This document shows, piece after piece, positions 37,952 to 46,700 of a DNA stretch of 64,000 nt. Within the stretch, counting starts at the first letter, position 1. Each line of letters starts with the position of its first letter. Source of the stretch: a virus; IMG/VR virus record IMGVR_UViG_3300043185_000099, positions 87,956 to 151,955 of that record; one strand, written 5' to 3'. Below the pieces are notes generated by a model. The model was not told where the DNA came from and searched no databases. It worked only from the letters and a program-made list of their open reading frames with translations. The position numbers and the translations under genes are program-made.

Positions 37952-37989
37952 GCCCACTCGCCGAGAGGCCGGTGGGCTTCGTTTCTTCT
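37952..37989 (+). terminator. Possible intrinsic terminator hairpin
   Basis: GCCCACTCGCC-GAGA-GGCCGGTGGGC followed by TTCGTTTCTTC. Confidence 0.4.
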
Positions 37990-38013
37990 CGTGGCGAAGT
38001 AGATCGGCGTTGC

Positions 38014-38376
38014 TCAGCCCTTCCCCAACTTCCGCTTGAGCTTGGCCTTCGCGCCGCGGGCGCAGTAGGAGCCTCGCGCTACGCGATCGATCAGGTGGCG
38101 GGTCGCGGCGCGCGACAGGCTGGACGCCGCAGAGTCTGGGCGTGCCTTCACGAGCGCTGCGACTTCCTTGGCGTTCCAGACCCGCTTTCGGTCGCTGTTC
38201 ACGACGCGCGCACACCGGTCCTCCAAGTTGCCGGCATCGCCCTTGGACGCCCTTGCACTGCGTGCGGGAGCATCCTCTCCGGTGAGCTTGTCTAGCTCGG
38301 CACGTAGAGTTGCCTCCTCCCTCTGGATTTCGAGGAGGCGCTCGGCGATGGCGAGAATTCGGTCCGTCTTCGACAC
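38014..38376 (-). CDS. Coiled-coil plus winged-helix-like DNA-binding protein (120 aa)
   Basis: GTG start (VSKTDRILAIAERL...); WNAKEVAALV...SSLSRAATRHLIDRVARGSY; TTGACA at 38414-38409 upstream. Confidence 0.65.
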   Translation of the reverse strand: MSKTDRILAIAERLLEIQREEATLRAELDKLTGEDAPARSARASKGDAGNLEDRCARVVNSDRKRVWNAKEVAALVKARPDSAASSLSRAATRHLIDRVARGSYCARGAKAKLKRKLGKG

Positions 38377-38455
38377 AGGGCTGGCAGGATCTGCTCGCCA
38401 GCGCCGCGTGTCAAGCGTCAAGGGAAAGGTGTCGTTCTTGAGGCTCTGGATGTCG

Positions 38456-38471
38456 TTCTGGATGTCCAGAA
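38456..38471. promoter_or_regulatory. Operator-like palindrome
   Basis: TTCTGGA-TG-TCCAGAA, with an adjacent direct repeat of TCTGGATGTC. Confidence 0.5.
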
Positions 38472-38498
38472 AGCGGTATCCGAGTCTCCAATCCGAGA

Positions 38499-39371
38499 TC
38501 AAGGCCCCGAGAACATGCAGTCCCGGACCTCATCCCGTAGCTTCCCATCGCGATCCGGCACGCCGTCGTCCAGGAGCTTCTCCGCCTCGGCCTGCGCCTT
38601 CAGGGCCCGCTGGCGATGGGGCTCGGACTCATCGCCTCCAGCCATGACCTCGTTCAGATCTATCCTGTTGTCAGGTCCGTGGAAGCGGAGGTGCTCCTTC
38701 TGGATCTCGTCCATCCGCCTCGACGCCGAGCGACACGTGGCGATCAGCTTCCTCACCCTCGCCTGCTTCGCCTTCACGGCGTCGGCTCGGTCCCGGACAC
38801 GCTGCCGCAGCTTCTCCACTTGCTCTCGCGCGTGCGCGGCGAGGGCGTCATCCGGCCAGCGTTCGGACACTTCCTGGAACTTCTTGATCGCAGCCTCGTC
38901 GCCCTCGTCGGTGCCGGCGCTGGCGAGCGCGACACCCTGGTCGTAGACGTGGCGCGGCGACTCCGTCAGCTCGGCGATGCGTGCCCGCGCGGTCGCCAGC
39001 TCGGCCTCGACCTCCGTGAGCGACGATTCCGTCGCCGCCAAGTCGCCGTGGACGGTGCTGAGCTGGCGCGCCATCTCGGCCCCGTAGGCGCCCTGCACGT
39101 GGAGCTTCGCTCGGTACTGGTGGACGGCGACGCCCCACCCTGCGACCGCGAGCACAGTGGAGATGATCGCCGCGACCGGCATGGCCCGAATGGGCTGCCT
39201 CGCTCGCGGCGGCAGGACCTCGACTGCGCGGCGCCATGCCGGCCAGCCCGGGACCCAGACGGTCGCGTCGCGGGCCGCCGGGTCGGTCGCCAGCCGGGCC
39301 CGGATCTCGGCCTCGGTCATCTGGGCCGGCTGCCCGCCGGCCATCGCGAAGTAGTATCGCCGAGTCGCCAT
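38499..39371 (-). CDS. GYF_2 (DUF4339)-like N-terminus, transmembrane helix, coiled coil and TPR-like region (290 aa)
   Basis: YYFAMAGGQPAQMT...TVWVPGWPAWRRAVEV; hydrophobic AAIISTVLAVAGWGVAV; AIKKFQEVSERWPDDALA. Confidence 0.75.
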   Translation of the reverse strand: MATRRYYFAMAGGQPAQMTEAEIRARLATDPAARDATVWVPGWPAWRRAVEVLPPRARQPIRAMPVAAIISTVLAVAGWGVAVHQYRAKLHVQGAYGAEMARQLSTVHGDLAATESSLTEVEAELATARARIAELTESPRHVYDQGVALASAGTDEGDEAAIKKFQEVSERWPDDALAAHAREQVEKLRQRVRDRADAVKAKQARVRKLIATCRSASRRMDEIQKEHLRFHGPDNRIDLNEVMAGGDESEPHRQRALKAQAEAEKLLDDGVPDRDGKLRDEVRDCMFSGP

Positions 39372-39401
39372 CCTCGCGAGAACGCTCTTCTACTCCAGGA
39401 T

Positions 39402-39419
39402 ATTCTATTGCAGTAGAAT
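39402..39419. promoter_or_regulatory. AT-rich operator/promoter palindrome between divergent genes
   Basis: ATTCTATTG-CAGTAGAAT (8 of 9 positions symmetric); contains a TAGAAT -10-like hexamer on both strands. Confidence 0.6.
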
Positions 39420-39451
39420 CGCTAGCCCATCGCGACGAGTAGCGTCGCGGG

Positions 39452-39709
39452 GTGGAGCCCGAGCGCCTCCGGGCCGTCATCGCGGCGAACATCCGGCGGC
39501 ACGCCGCGCGGAAGGGGTTGACCATGCCGGTCCTGGCGGGCCTGGCCGGCGTTGCCCACGGAGGGCTCTACCGGGTCGTGAACGGGACGGCGTACATCCG
39601 GGCGGACACGCTGGCCCGGGTCGCGGCCGCGCTCGGCGTACTCCCCCGCCAGCTCGTGGACGAGCGAGCGGTCGAGGGCGGCAAGGCGCGACGTTCCTCG
39701 CGAGGGTAG
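39452..39709 (+). CDS. XRE-family HTH transcriptional regulator (85 aa)
   Basis: IAANIRRHAARKGLTMPVLAGLAGV...ADTLARVAAALGVLPRQLV. Confidence 0.85.
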   Translation: MEPERLRAVIAANIRRHAARKGLTMPVLAGLAGVAHGGLYRVVNGTAYIRADTLARVAAALGVLPRQLVDERAVEGGKARRSSRG

Positions 39710-39779
39710 CCGGACCAAACGAAGTTCTGCATGCCGCGCTTGATCATCCGCGCGGCGAGGCCTACCGTCCTGGGCTGGG

Positions 39780-40151
39780 ATGACGCGGTTCCGTGTTGTG
39801 GCGCTCGTGCTCGGCCTCGCCATCGCGTGGGCCTGCAGCGACCGGACCGTGGACGACGTGGACGAGGAGGCGCTGTGCACCGAGCGGTGCGGATGGCAGC
39901 TCGACCCGGAGTGCGGCGTCGAGGATCCGGGCTACGACAGCGTGGCCGAGTGCGTGGACGTTTGCGCCGCGGACGACGATCAGGGCTTCGCCTGGGGCGA
40001 GTGCACCGACCTCCACGTCGCCTACTACGACTGCCTCCGCGGACTCACTTGCGAGGAGCGACGCGTCCACTTCACCGACGTGCTCAACTCGCAGTGCTTT
40101 GAGGAACAGAACGATCTGACCCATTGCTCGGCGGAGGCGAACAGACCATGA
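39780..40151 (+). CDS. Cys-rich acidic lipoprotein (123 aa)
   Basis: Signal peptide with lipobox (AWAC); CxxxC pairs in the style of myxobacterial lipoproteins. Confidence 0.75.
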   Translation: MTRFRVVALVLGLAIAWACSDRTVDDVDEEALCTERCGWQLDPECGVEDPGYDSVAECVDVCAADDDQGFAWGECTDLHVAYYDCLRGLTCEERRVHFTDVLNSQCFEEQNDLTHCSAEANRP

Positions 40152-40867
40152 CGCACCATGCTCGACTTCCATTCCTCGCCATGCTCACCGCGACCTCGAC
40201 CTGCGTGATCGACGATCAGAACCCGCCCATCGAGTGCATCGGGCGCGAGTGGGGGCGCCGCGTCGCCGACGTGTCGTGCACGGTCGAGGGTGTGCCGGCC
40301 ATCGTCCCGGGCAGCGGCATCAACAACATCATCTTCGGCCGCGGGTGTCTGGACCTGCCGGTCCACGCTGTGATGCTCGCCGTCCTGGAAGGGTCGCCGC
40401 CTTCGGATATTTTCCTGCAGACCGACGCGATCTTGAAGGCCCGTACTCTCGACGCCTGTCAGGCCGCGGCCGCAGTCTGCGATCCGGGATCCGACGGATG
40501 TGCCGCGGCGGTCGAGGAGCTGGAGCTTCCCCTCAACTTCGACCAGATCTGCCAGGTCCCGTGCGATCAGATCATCACCCTTGAAGGTGTGGGCGTCACC
40601 GGCGGCGTCACCGAGGGTGGCGGCGAGGTGATCCGCAAGTTCAAGGGAGCACGAAAGCTCTGCGAGTCGAGCTACTTGGTCGAGACCGATCTCGACGCTG
40701 ACGCTGTCTACGAGACCCTCGTCACGAAGTTGACGAGCCTTCGCGGCAAGCCCGAAGGCGCGGTCTTCAAGAAAGACGAACGGCTCTACGTGGTCCCGGT
40801 GCGAGCGCGGGTCGTGGGCTTCGGGATCAAGGCGACGAACGACTGGCTCAATGCGCGCGCCCTGTAG
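40148..40867 (+). CDS. Cys-rich secreted protein or lipoprotein (239 aa)
   Basis: ATGA overlap with the previous gene; MTHHARLPFLAMLTATSTC signal-like N-terminus. Confidence 0.7.
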   Translation: MTHHARLPFLAMLTATSTCVIDDQNPPIECIGREWGRRVADVSCTVEGVPAIVPGSGINNIIFGRGCLDLPVHAVMLAVLEGSPPSDIFLQTDAILKARTLDACQAAAAVCDPGSDGCAAAVEELELPLNFDQICQVPCDQIITLEGVGVTGGVTEGGGEVIRKFKGARKLCESSYLVETDLDADAVYETLVTKLTSLRGKPEGAVFKKDERLYVVPVRARVVGFGIKATNDWLNARAL

Positions 40868-41051
40868 CATGGCGGAAAGCCGACTTCGCCTTCTCTCCCG
40901 GCCTGCGCTTGCGTTCTCCCGGTTCTTCTGGGGGCTGCGGTGGCATGGTCGGCTCAAGCGCCTTGAGGAGCGTCCAGAGAAAGTTCCACTCCGAGATCCT
41001 GTCGGCCTTGATGGTGAAGGTGCGGGCGTCCTGATCGATCTTCAATCTCAT
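40848..41051 (-). CDS. Small hypothetical protein (67 aa; MRLKIDQDARTFTIK...)
   Basis: Protein-like composition, directly downstream of the HTH fragment; weak RBS. Confidence 0.4.
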   Translation of the reverse strand: MRLKIDQDARTFTIKADRISEWNFLWTLLKALEPTMPPQPPEEPGERKRRPGEKAKSAFRHATGRAH

Positions 41052-41064
41052 CTGGACGTCACCA

Positions 41065-41319
41065 TTACCGTTGTCCCCGCCCGCGCTTCCTTCGGGCCTT
41101 CCGGTCGGCCGCGCCCTCGCCTCTGGCCCACCCGATGGCATCCTTGGCGGTCTTCCACTCCACCCCGAGCCGGCGCGCGATCTGCGTGACCGGCAGGCCC
41201 AGCTCCGCGAGGTGGGCGGCGCGCTCGGCGAGTCGCTCGTACATCGGCTGCGGGCCCTGGCAGACGACCGGGATCGCGAGATCGATCGTCGCGATGGTAC
41301 GCATGGTTTGGGTACGGGT
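41065..41319 (-). CDS. Detached C-terminal HTH domain of the integrase (84 aa; TRTQTMRTIATID...LGLPVTQIARRLGVEWKTAKDAIGW)
   Basis: Begins exactly at the right att core and is in frame with the integrase after excision. HTH motif QIARRLGVEWKTA. Confidence 0.75.
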   Translation of the reverse strand, partial: TRTQTMRTIATIDLAIPVVCQGPQPMYERLAERAAHLAELGLPVTQIARRLGVEWKTAKDAIGWARGEGAADRKARRKRGRGQR

Positions 41320-41340
41320 CCGCGACCATGAGACAGAAGG
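41296..41340. other. Right attachment junction (P arm + TC core + B half)
   Basis: + strand GGTACGCATGGTTTGGGTACGGG-TC-CGCGACCATG; its outer 18 bp match the left arm as an inverted repeat at 15/18 positions. Confidence 0.8.
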
Positions 41341-41408
41341 CGGTCGCCCGGTCCAGGGGGGTCTCTCCCCATCGTCCCGCAGCATGTCACCTTCGCTCCC
41401 GTCCATGC

Positions 41409-42011
41409 TCAGGACAACTCGATCCTGGCCATGATCTTGTCGGCGGTCCACGCCACATCCCCGACCGCAACGTCGAACCGAGGACCACCGAGGTTCACCT
41501 GGACCATGAAAGGTAGGGAGTGCTTGAACTCCATCTGGATAAATCGCTTAGTCTCTCGATTGACCAAACTGACGTTGATGGGCCGTACGACGACCTGCCA
41601 AGCACCTCCGAGCCTCTCCGCAAGTTCCTCACTGAGTTCCCGCAGGAACTGGTGTTTGAGGACGTTGTATGCCTCATTGAACGTGAGTGGGCGTCCTCGG
41701 AACTTGGCCGTCTTGCCCATGAACGTGCTCTCGCTCGCCGCCTCCCCAGCCAAGCTCAAGCTAAGGTCCCGGAGCACCTCCACGACGTGGGCCACGTCCC
41801 CGACGTACCCCCAGTTCGTCGAGTTCTTCTTGAAGGACTGATCGAAGCGCTTGATCCTGCGCTCAATCTCCGCGAGGAGGCGGTCAACCTCTTTCCGGTT
41901 GCGCCAGTAGGCATCCTCCGCGGTTTCTCGGACAGCCCCAAGAATCGTCGCTGCCTCCCGCAGGAGACGTCGGCCGCTGGGGGTGTCGTAACGCGTGTTG
42001 GGTTCGCGCAT
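41409..42011 (-). CDS. Hypothetical two-domain phage protein (about 200 aa) with NWGYVGDVAHV motif
   Basis: Clear ORF. Start at 42011 is preferred because the 42035 ATG lies inside the candidate promoter motif. Confidence 0.65.
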   Translation of the reverse strand: MREPNTRYDTPSGRRLLREAATILGAVRETAEDAYWRNRKEVDRLLAEIERRIKRFDQSFKKNSTNWGYVGDVAHVVEVLRDLSLSLAGEAASESTFMGKTAKFRGRPLTFNEAYNVLKHQFLRELSEELAERLGGAWQVVVRPINVSLVNRETKRFIQMEFKHSLPFMVQVNLGGPRFDVAVGDVAWTADKIMARIELS

Positions 42012-42111
42012 ACCCACGAGATGCCATAGGCTCATTACTGATACTCCGAGGCAAGGATCAAACCCGAAACACGAGCAGGGGACCAGCGCGTGTCATGCCG
42101 GTCCTCAGTCC

Positions 42112-43674
42112 TCAATCGACGGACCGGGACGGCTCAATCCCCAAGTCCAGAAGACGACGCCGGAGAAGCTCCTCGTCGAACCCCTTCGGATCTGACTGAC
42201 GTACCACGAGTGTGGCGTATCCCTCCTCCCGAGCCCGTCGCAACTTGAGAAGATCGAGCCGAACGCGACGCTCGAAATTCTCCTGCGTCTTGTGCCAGTA
42301 AGGGATGAACGTCTCGTGTTGTCGTCCGTGAGCCTCGACGAGAAGATTCACGAGCGGGAAATACCCGTCGTAGCGCAGCAGGTAGTTGGTCTCAGGGTTC
42401 CTGATCCGCGTGTCCGTGTACTCCCATTCGTACGCCAGACCGCCGAGGACTGCGGCAACCTTATCGAGCACCGACTTCTGAAAGGCGAGCCGGTTTCGGG
42501 TGAAGAGGCCGAGCTGCCGGCAGTAAATCCGCACAGAAAGCTGAGAGCAATCAAGGTGTTCTGCCGCCATAGCCGTAATGACGCGTCCCTGATCGTCCAT
42601 GAACGGGCGAAGTTCTTCTTCGGTGAGGTCCAAGCGTAGCGCAGTTTTGTCCCTGATGATCGAGTCCGTCGCTACAAGAAGCGCGTCAGGAAAAAGGGTC
42701 TTGTAGGACACCTCTGCGTGAGCGTTCTGGATATGACTGCTCAACGCCTCCGCTTTGTGTCCGCACAGACGACACATGACGTAGGCCTCCGGTTCGGTTT
42801 TGCCTGCCCACTGCGCCTCAACCTGCGCAAGATCTTGAGCACACCGACAGTCATCACAGCGCGTCTCGTGCGTGCTGGGGGCAAGAAACGCCGACACCTC
42901 GTGCAGAACACCGCAGTCTGGACACTCGATCTGTTTCGTGGCCCCAGCATGTGACGAGTGCTCCCACGCCTTGGACTGCGCTTGGGACCTTCGCTCGGTC
43001 AACGCCCGCGCCCGAATCAAAGCACCCCTGTGCTTGGCGCGGTACTCGTCTGCTGTCAACCCATGCGTCTTGAGATGTGTCGCGAGGGTCTCCCCACGAA
43101 AATCACATTCTCGGCATCGCACATAGTCTTCATCTTCGATCTTGTCGACCCACCGGAGATTTTCCTGACCATCCCTCCAGACGCGGTGAGCCTCATCTCC
43201 TGCCGCGCAACAATGTTGAATGTGAGAGGCGAGTCCACGTACTCCCTCGCACCGGAAACCGCAAATTGGACACTCTCGGTCAGGATGTCGTTCGCCCCTG
43301 CACTCCGAGCACATGAGCCGGAGAGATCGAGCGATTGAAACTCGATTCGCCCGGTAGACCTCACCACACTCCGAACACAAGACGGCGATCTCCCCCAGCT
43401 CTCGAGGCCCCGAACGCGCCTGATTGTGCGCGAGGGTCTTACGACGTTGAAGGTCCCGCGCACGTCCCTGCATGAGGGCTTCGCCGAACTCCTCCCGCCA
43501 CCACCGCCTGACAACCGTGAAATGGACCCCCACATGCTCAGCCACGTCCTTGAGCGACTGTTCCACGTGAAACATAGCCACGGCGGCGACTCGTGCTCGG
43601 TCAAGTTCGGCCCCCTTGAGGCGACTCCTCTGGCCGCTCTGGGCTGCCTTTTTACGGGCACGTAAGCCTTCCAT
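42112..43674 (-). CDS. Putative free-standing homing endonuclease: HTH, multiple Zn fingers and a C-terminal PD-(D/E)xK/Vsr-like nuclease
   Basis: Many CxxC...H motifs; LRYDGYFPLVNLLVEAHGRQH...DLLKLRRAREEGYATLVVR. Confidence 0.7.
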   Translation of the reverse strand: MEGLRARKKAAQSGQRSRLKGAELDRARVAAVAMFHVEQSLKDVAEHVGVHFTVVRRWWREEFGEALMQGRARDLQRRKTLAHNQARSGPRELGEIAVLCSECGEVYRANRVSIARSLRLMCSECRGERHPDRECPICGFRCEGVRGLASHIQHCCAAGDEAHRVWRDGQENLRWVDKIEDEDYVRCRECDFRGETLATHLKTHGLTADEYRAKHRGALIRARALTERRSQAQSKAWEHSSHAGATKQIECPDCGVLHEVSAFLAPSTHETRCDDCRCAQDLAQVEAQWAGKTEPEAYVMCRLCGHKAEALSSHIQNAHAEVSYKTLFPDALLVATDSIIRDKTALRLDLTEEELRPFMDDQGRVITAMAAEHLDCSQLSVRIYCRQLGLFTRNRLAFQKSVLDKVAAVLGGLAYEWEYTDTRIRNPETNYLLRYDGYFPLVNLLVEAHGRQHETFIPYWHKTQENFERRVRLDLLKLRRAREEGYATLVVRQSDPKGFDEELLRRRLLDLGIEPSRSVD

Positions 43675-43795
43675 GACGAGCCACCTACACGAAGTAGGAT
43701 GGCTCGTCAATAGAACGGAAGGGCGTGCCTCTGGGCCTCCAACAAGGGCCTTCCAACACGACCCTTAGTTGGATCGAAAATCGTGATTGATTACG

Positions 43796-46700
43796 CTAAC
43801 CTCCGAGATTACTCCGAAGGTTAAACGTGATCACAATATACAGCAAAGGGAACACAGGTTGGTAGAACGCCTCCACCTCCACCACGGTCGGATCGTTCGT
43901 GGTGCGCGCCTGCACGCCCGTGTAGGCCGCGATGATCTCGGCGTTCTTGAGAGACTTGAGCGTGGTGCTGAGCTGGCCCTCGATCTCGGACAGGACGCCA
44001 GGCAGGAACTTGATGCCGATGAACCTGTCGAGGTCACGACGCGACGCTCTCTGAACCTCGTCGGCGATCGTGATGACCGTCGGAAGCTTCGTGAGGATGT
44101 TCGACATATCGGTCGTGAGTCCTTGACGGACTCGGATGACCGTGCCGCGCTGCTCCATGACCGTCACGCCCTGCACGGCGACCTGATTCTGCTCCACAGC
44201 GTCCAGCTTGCGTGCCAGCTCATCGAACCCGACGATCCGAGCCCGCGTCCAAGGCGTCGCCACGTCGATGTTCGGTGAAGCCCTGTTGCCCGCCATGGCG
44301 GCCGCGAGGTAGGTGCCGTCCACCAGGAACTGCTTGAAGTTCCCAAGAGCGTCCTGGATCGTAAGCGTCACGATGTCCGGGTAGACCAGGCGGATACGGG
44401 TGTTCTGGATCTGCTGCGCGATCCCCCCGACGTCCGTGGGCTGCGTGCCCGAAGACACGCCAATGATGCCGGTGCGCTCCGCCCTGAACCTGATGCTGGA
44501 CTGGATGTCGCAGTGGTTGCTGAGGGAGAGGAAGAGGTCCACATCGTCGCCCCGCAGGGGAGTGATCGTGTCGAGGACCGCTCCGCCAGGCAGAGCACCG
44601 CGGAGATCGTTGAGCGCGTCGATGTAGCTTTGCGTGCTCGCCTGGTTGCTCCCCGGGATCTTTGGCACCTGCTTGATCCCGAGGACCACAGCCCCGTTGA
44701 GGAACGCGAGGAACCCGGCGAGCGAAACCGGATTGTCAGGCGTCGTGTCGCCGTAGTTCCGCTCCACGGCCCTCTGACTCGTGAACAGCATCGTCTCGAA
44801 GTCGGCGGCCGTCTTCGCGTAGTTGTATGTCACGAAGTAGGAGTCCCCGACGGCGGGCTCCTGGCCACCGCGGTCGAAGGTCTCGACGATAGCCGTGTCG
44901 CCCTGCGGGATCGAGGATCCCTCGGTGTTCGCTACGGTCATCTCGAGCCCGGGGATCGAGTTGACGGGAATGTTCGCGTCCGTTGTGACCAGCTTGCGAA
45001 CCTGGAACGTGAAGGACGCTCCAGCCCCGGTCGGGTAGTCGGCGCCTCCCGTACGTGGCAGGATCGTGAACACGAGTCCGGTGACCGTGTCGCGGTAGCT
45101 CTGGCTGATCATCCCATCCTGGCCCACGCCGTTGTTGAAGCACGACGTGTTGGCCGAGCCCGACCCGTCGACGGGGTCGCTGCTCGTGACGAAGAAGCCC
45201 TGGAACCCGGTCTCGCCCGCGGCTCCCTGACCGCTCGTGACCCCGAGTCCGGTGCCCGTGAGCAGCCAGTCAGCCGTGGTCGCGGTGTCGAACAGGATGT
45301 TCGAGGATGAGCCCAAGCCGACGATGTTGTTGGCCTGACTCTCGATGAACAGGAACTCGCTGGCCGTCAAGTCGCGCTCGACCCCTGCGAGTGCCTGCGC
45401 CGCGAAGAACGTCAGGTCGGGTGCCTGGTAGTCCAGGATCGCCCCGTTAATCGTCGAGCTGTGGTGCATCATCAGGGCCGACGCGACCAGCTCTGGATCG
45501 ACCGTCGAACGCGCTGCTGTGGCCCCCTCGGAGAACCCAAGCACGTTGTTGGCGTTGCCGTTGCCGATCGTGATGGCCGAACTCGGAGTCACCACGGAGC
45601 TGACGAGACGGATGCTCGCCCCCTCCTGCGCGACCACGGAGGCCGGAAGGCCCGCCCCGACCGCGGCATTCTGGATCTGCCGGAGCACGGTGTTGGCGAT
45701 CGAGATCGGACCCAGAGGAACGTCTGCTTGACCCGCCGCCGGGATTGCTGCCCCGGTGGCGTCCCGGAACACGACGGTGAATGCCGTACCGTCGATGTTC
45801 ACCTTCCAGACGTTGTTCTGGGGGTTCACTCCACCGGAAGCGTAGAATCGAACCCTCGGCTGTCCGTCGCGCGCATCCGCGAACGTGCCCGCTGCGACCT
45901 GTCCGTCCTTGAACCCGACTTCGCCGACCAGAGACGCGGGCCGGAGAGTGGCTTCGATGCCAGCGAGACCCACAGCCTTGGCCGCGAGACCCGTCTCCGT
46001 CGTAGCGTTCGTGCCCTGAACGATCAGATTCGTGCGGTCGACCTGACTCTGCGGCTCGAGAGAACCGGAACCCGGCAGGATTCGGTTTCGCATGATGATC
46101 CGGTCGTAGACCAGGCGACCGGAAGCCCCGGAGACCGTGAAGCGACGAGCGATGTCACCGTCCACGACCTTCGTCTGTTCCTGGCCGGGCAACGCGTCGG
46201 TCGAGAGACCACACAGGATCGCGAAGTCCTCAGCGACCGTCGCGGCATCAAGGAACTCCCACACACCGCCGCCGAGGCCAGAACCGCCCGTAAGCGTCGC
46301 ACCGGACACCGGCAGACGGATCGCCGTCGAGCTGGCCAGGGTGATGAAGTTGCCCGAGGGGCCCGGAACGGCAGCCGTGATGTCCACGACAGCCGACGTA
46401 CCACTCGAATTGTCCGCGGTAACGATGCCCACGAGGCCATTGCCAGCATCGGAGATCGCCGCAACGATCGAGGTGGCCACCTGGACGGTGGTCCCCCCTC
46501 CGGCGAAACTCGCGCCGGATACCGGCAGGCGCACGCCCGTCGACGAGGCGATCGTGTAGGTGTTGCCGATCACGCCCGGGGTGTCCGCCCAGACCGTGAC
46601 CGTCGTGACCGTTCCCCCCTCATTGTCGGCCGTCACCGCGGCTGCGAGGCCGTTGCCGGCATCGTTGATGGCAGCAACGATGCTGCTGGCCACTGTGAGG

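Larger units (their letters stand above)
35489..41320. mobile_element. 5832-bp integrative element encoding a large serine integrase, inserted in the phage genome
   Basis: A TCC direct repeat lies at 35487-35489 and 41319-41321. The inner 23-bp arms (35489-35511, 41296-41318) form an imperfect inverted repeat when joined. Gene orientation is mixed and GC looks higher than in the flanks. Confidence 0.85.

Noticed and set aside
35489-41320. The integrase as the phage's own lysogeny module
   Set aside because: Both attP arms face inward around a 5.8-kb segment, so recombination excises the small element rather than integrating the phage.
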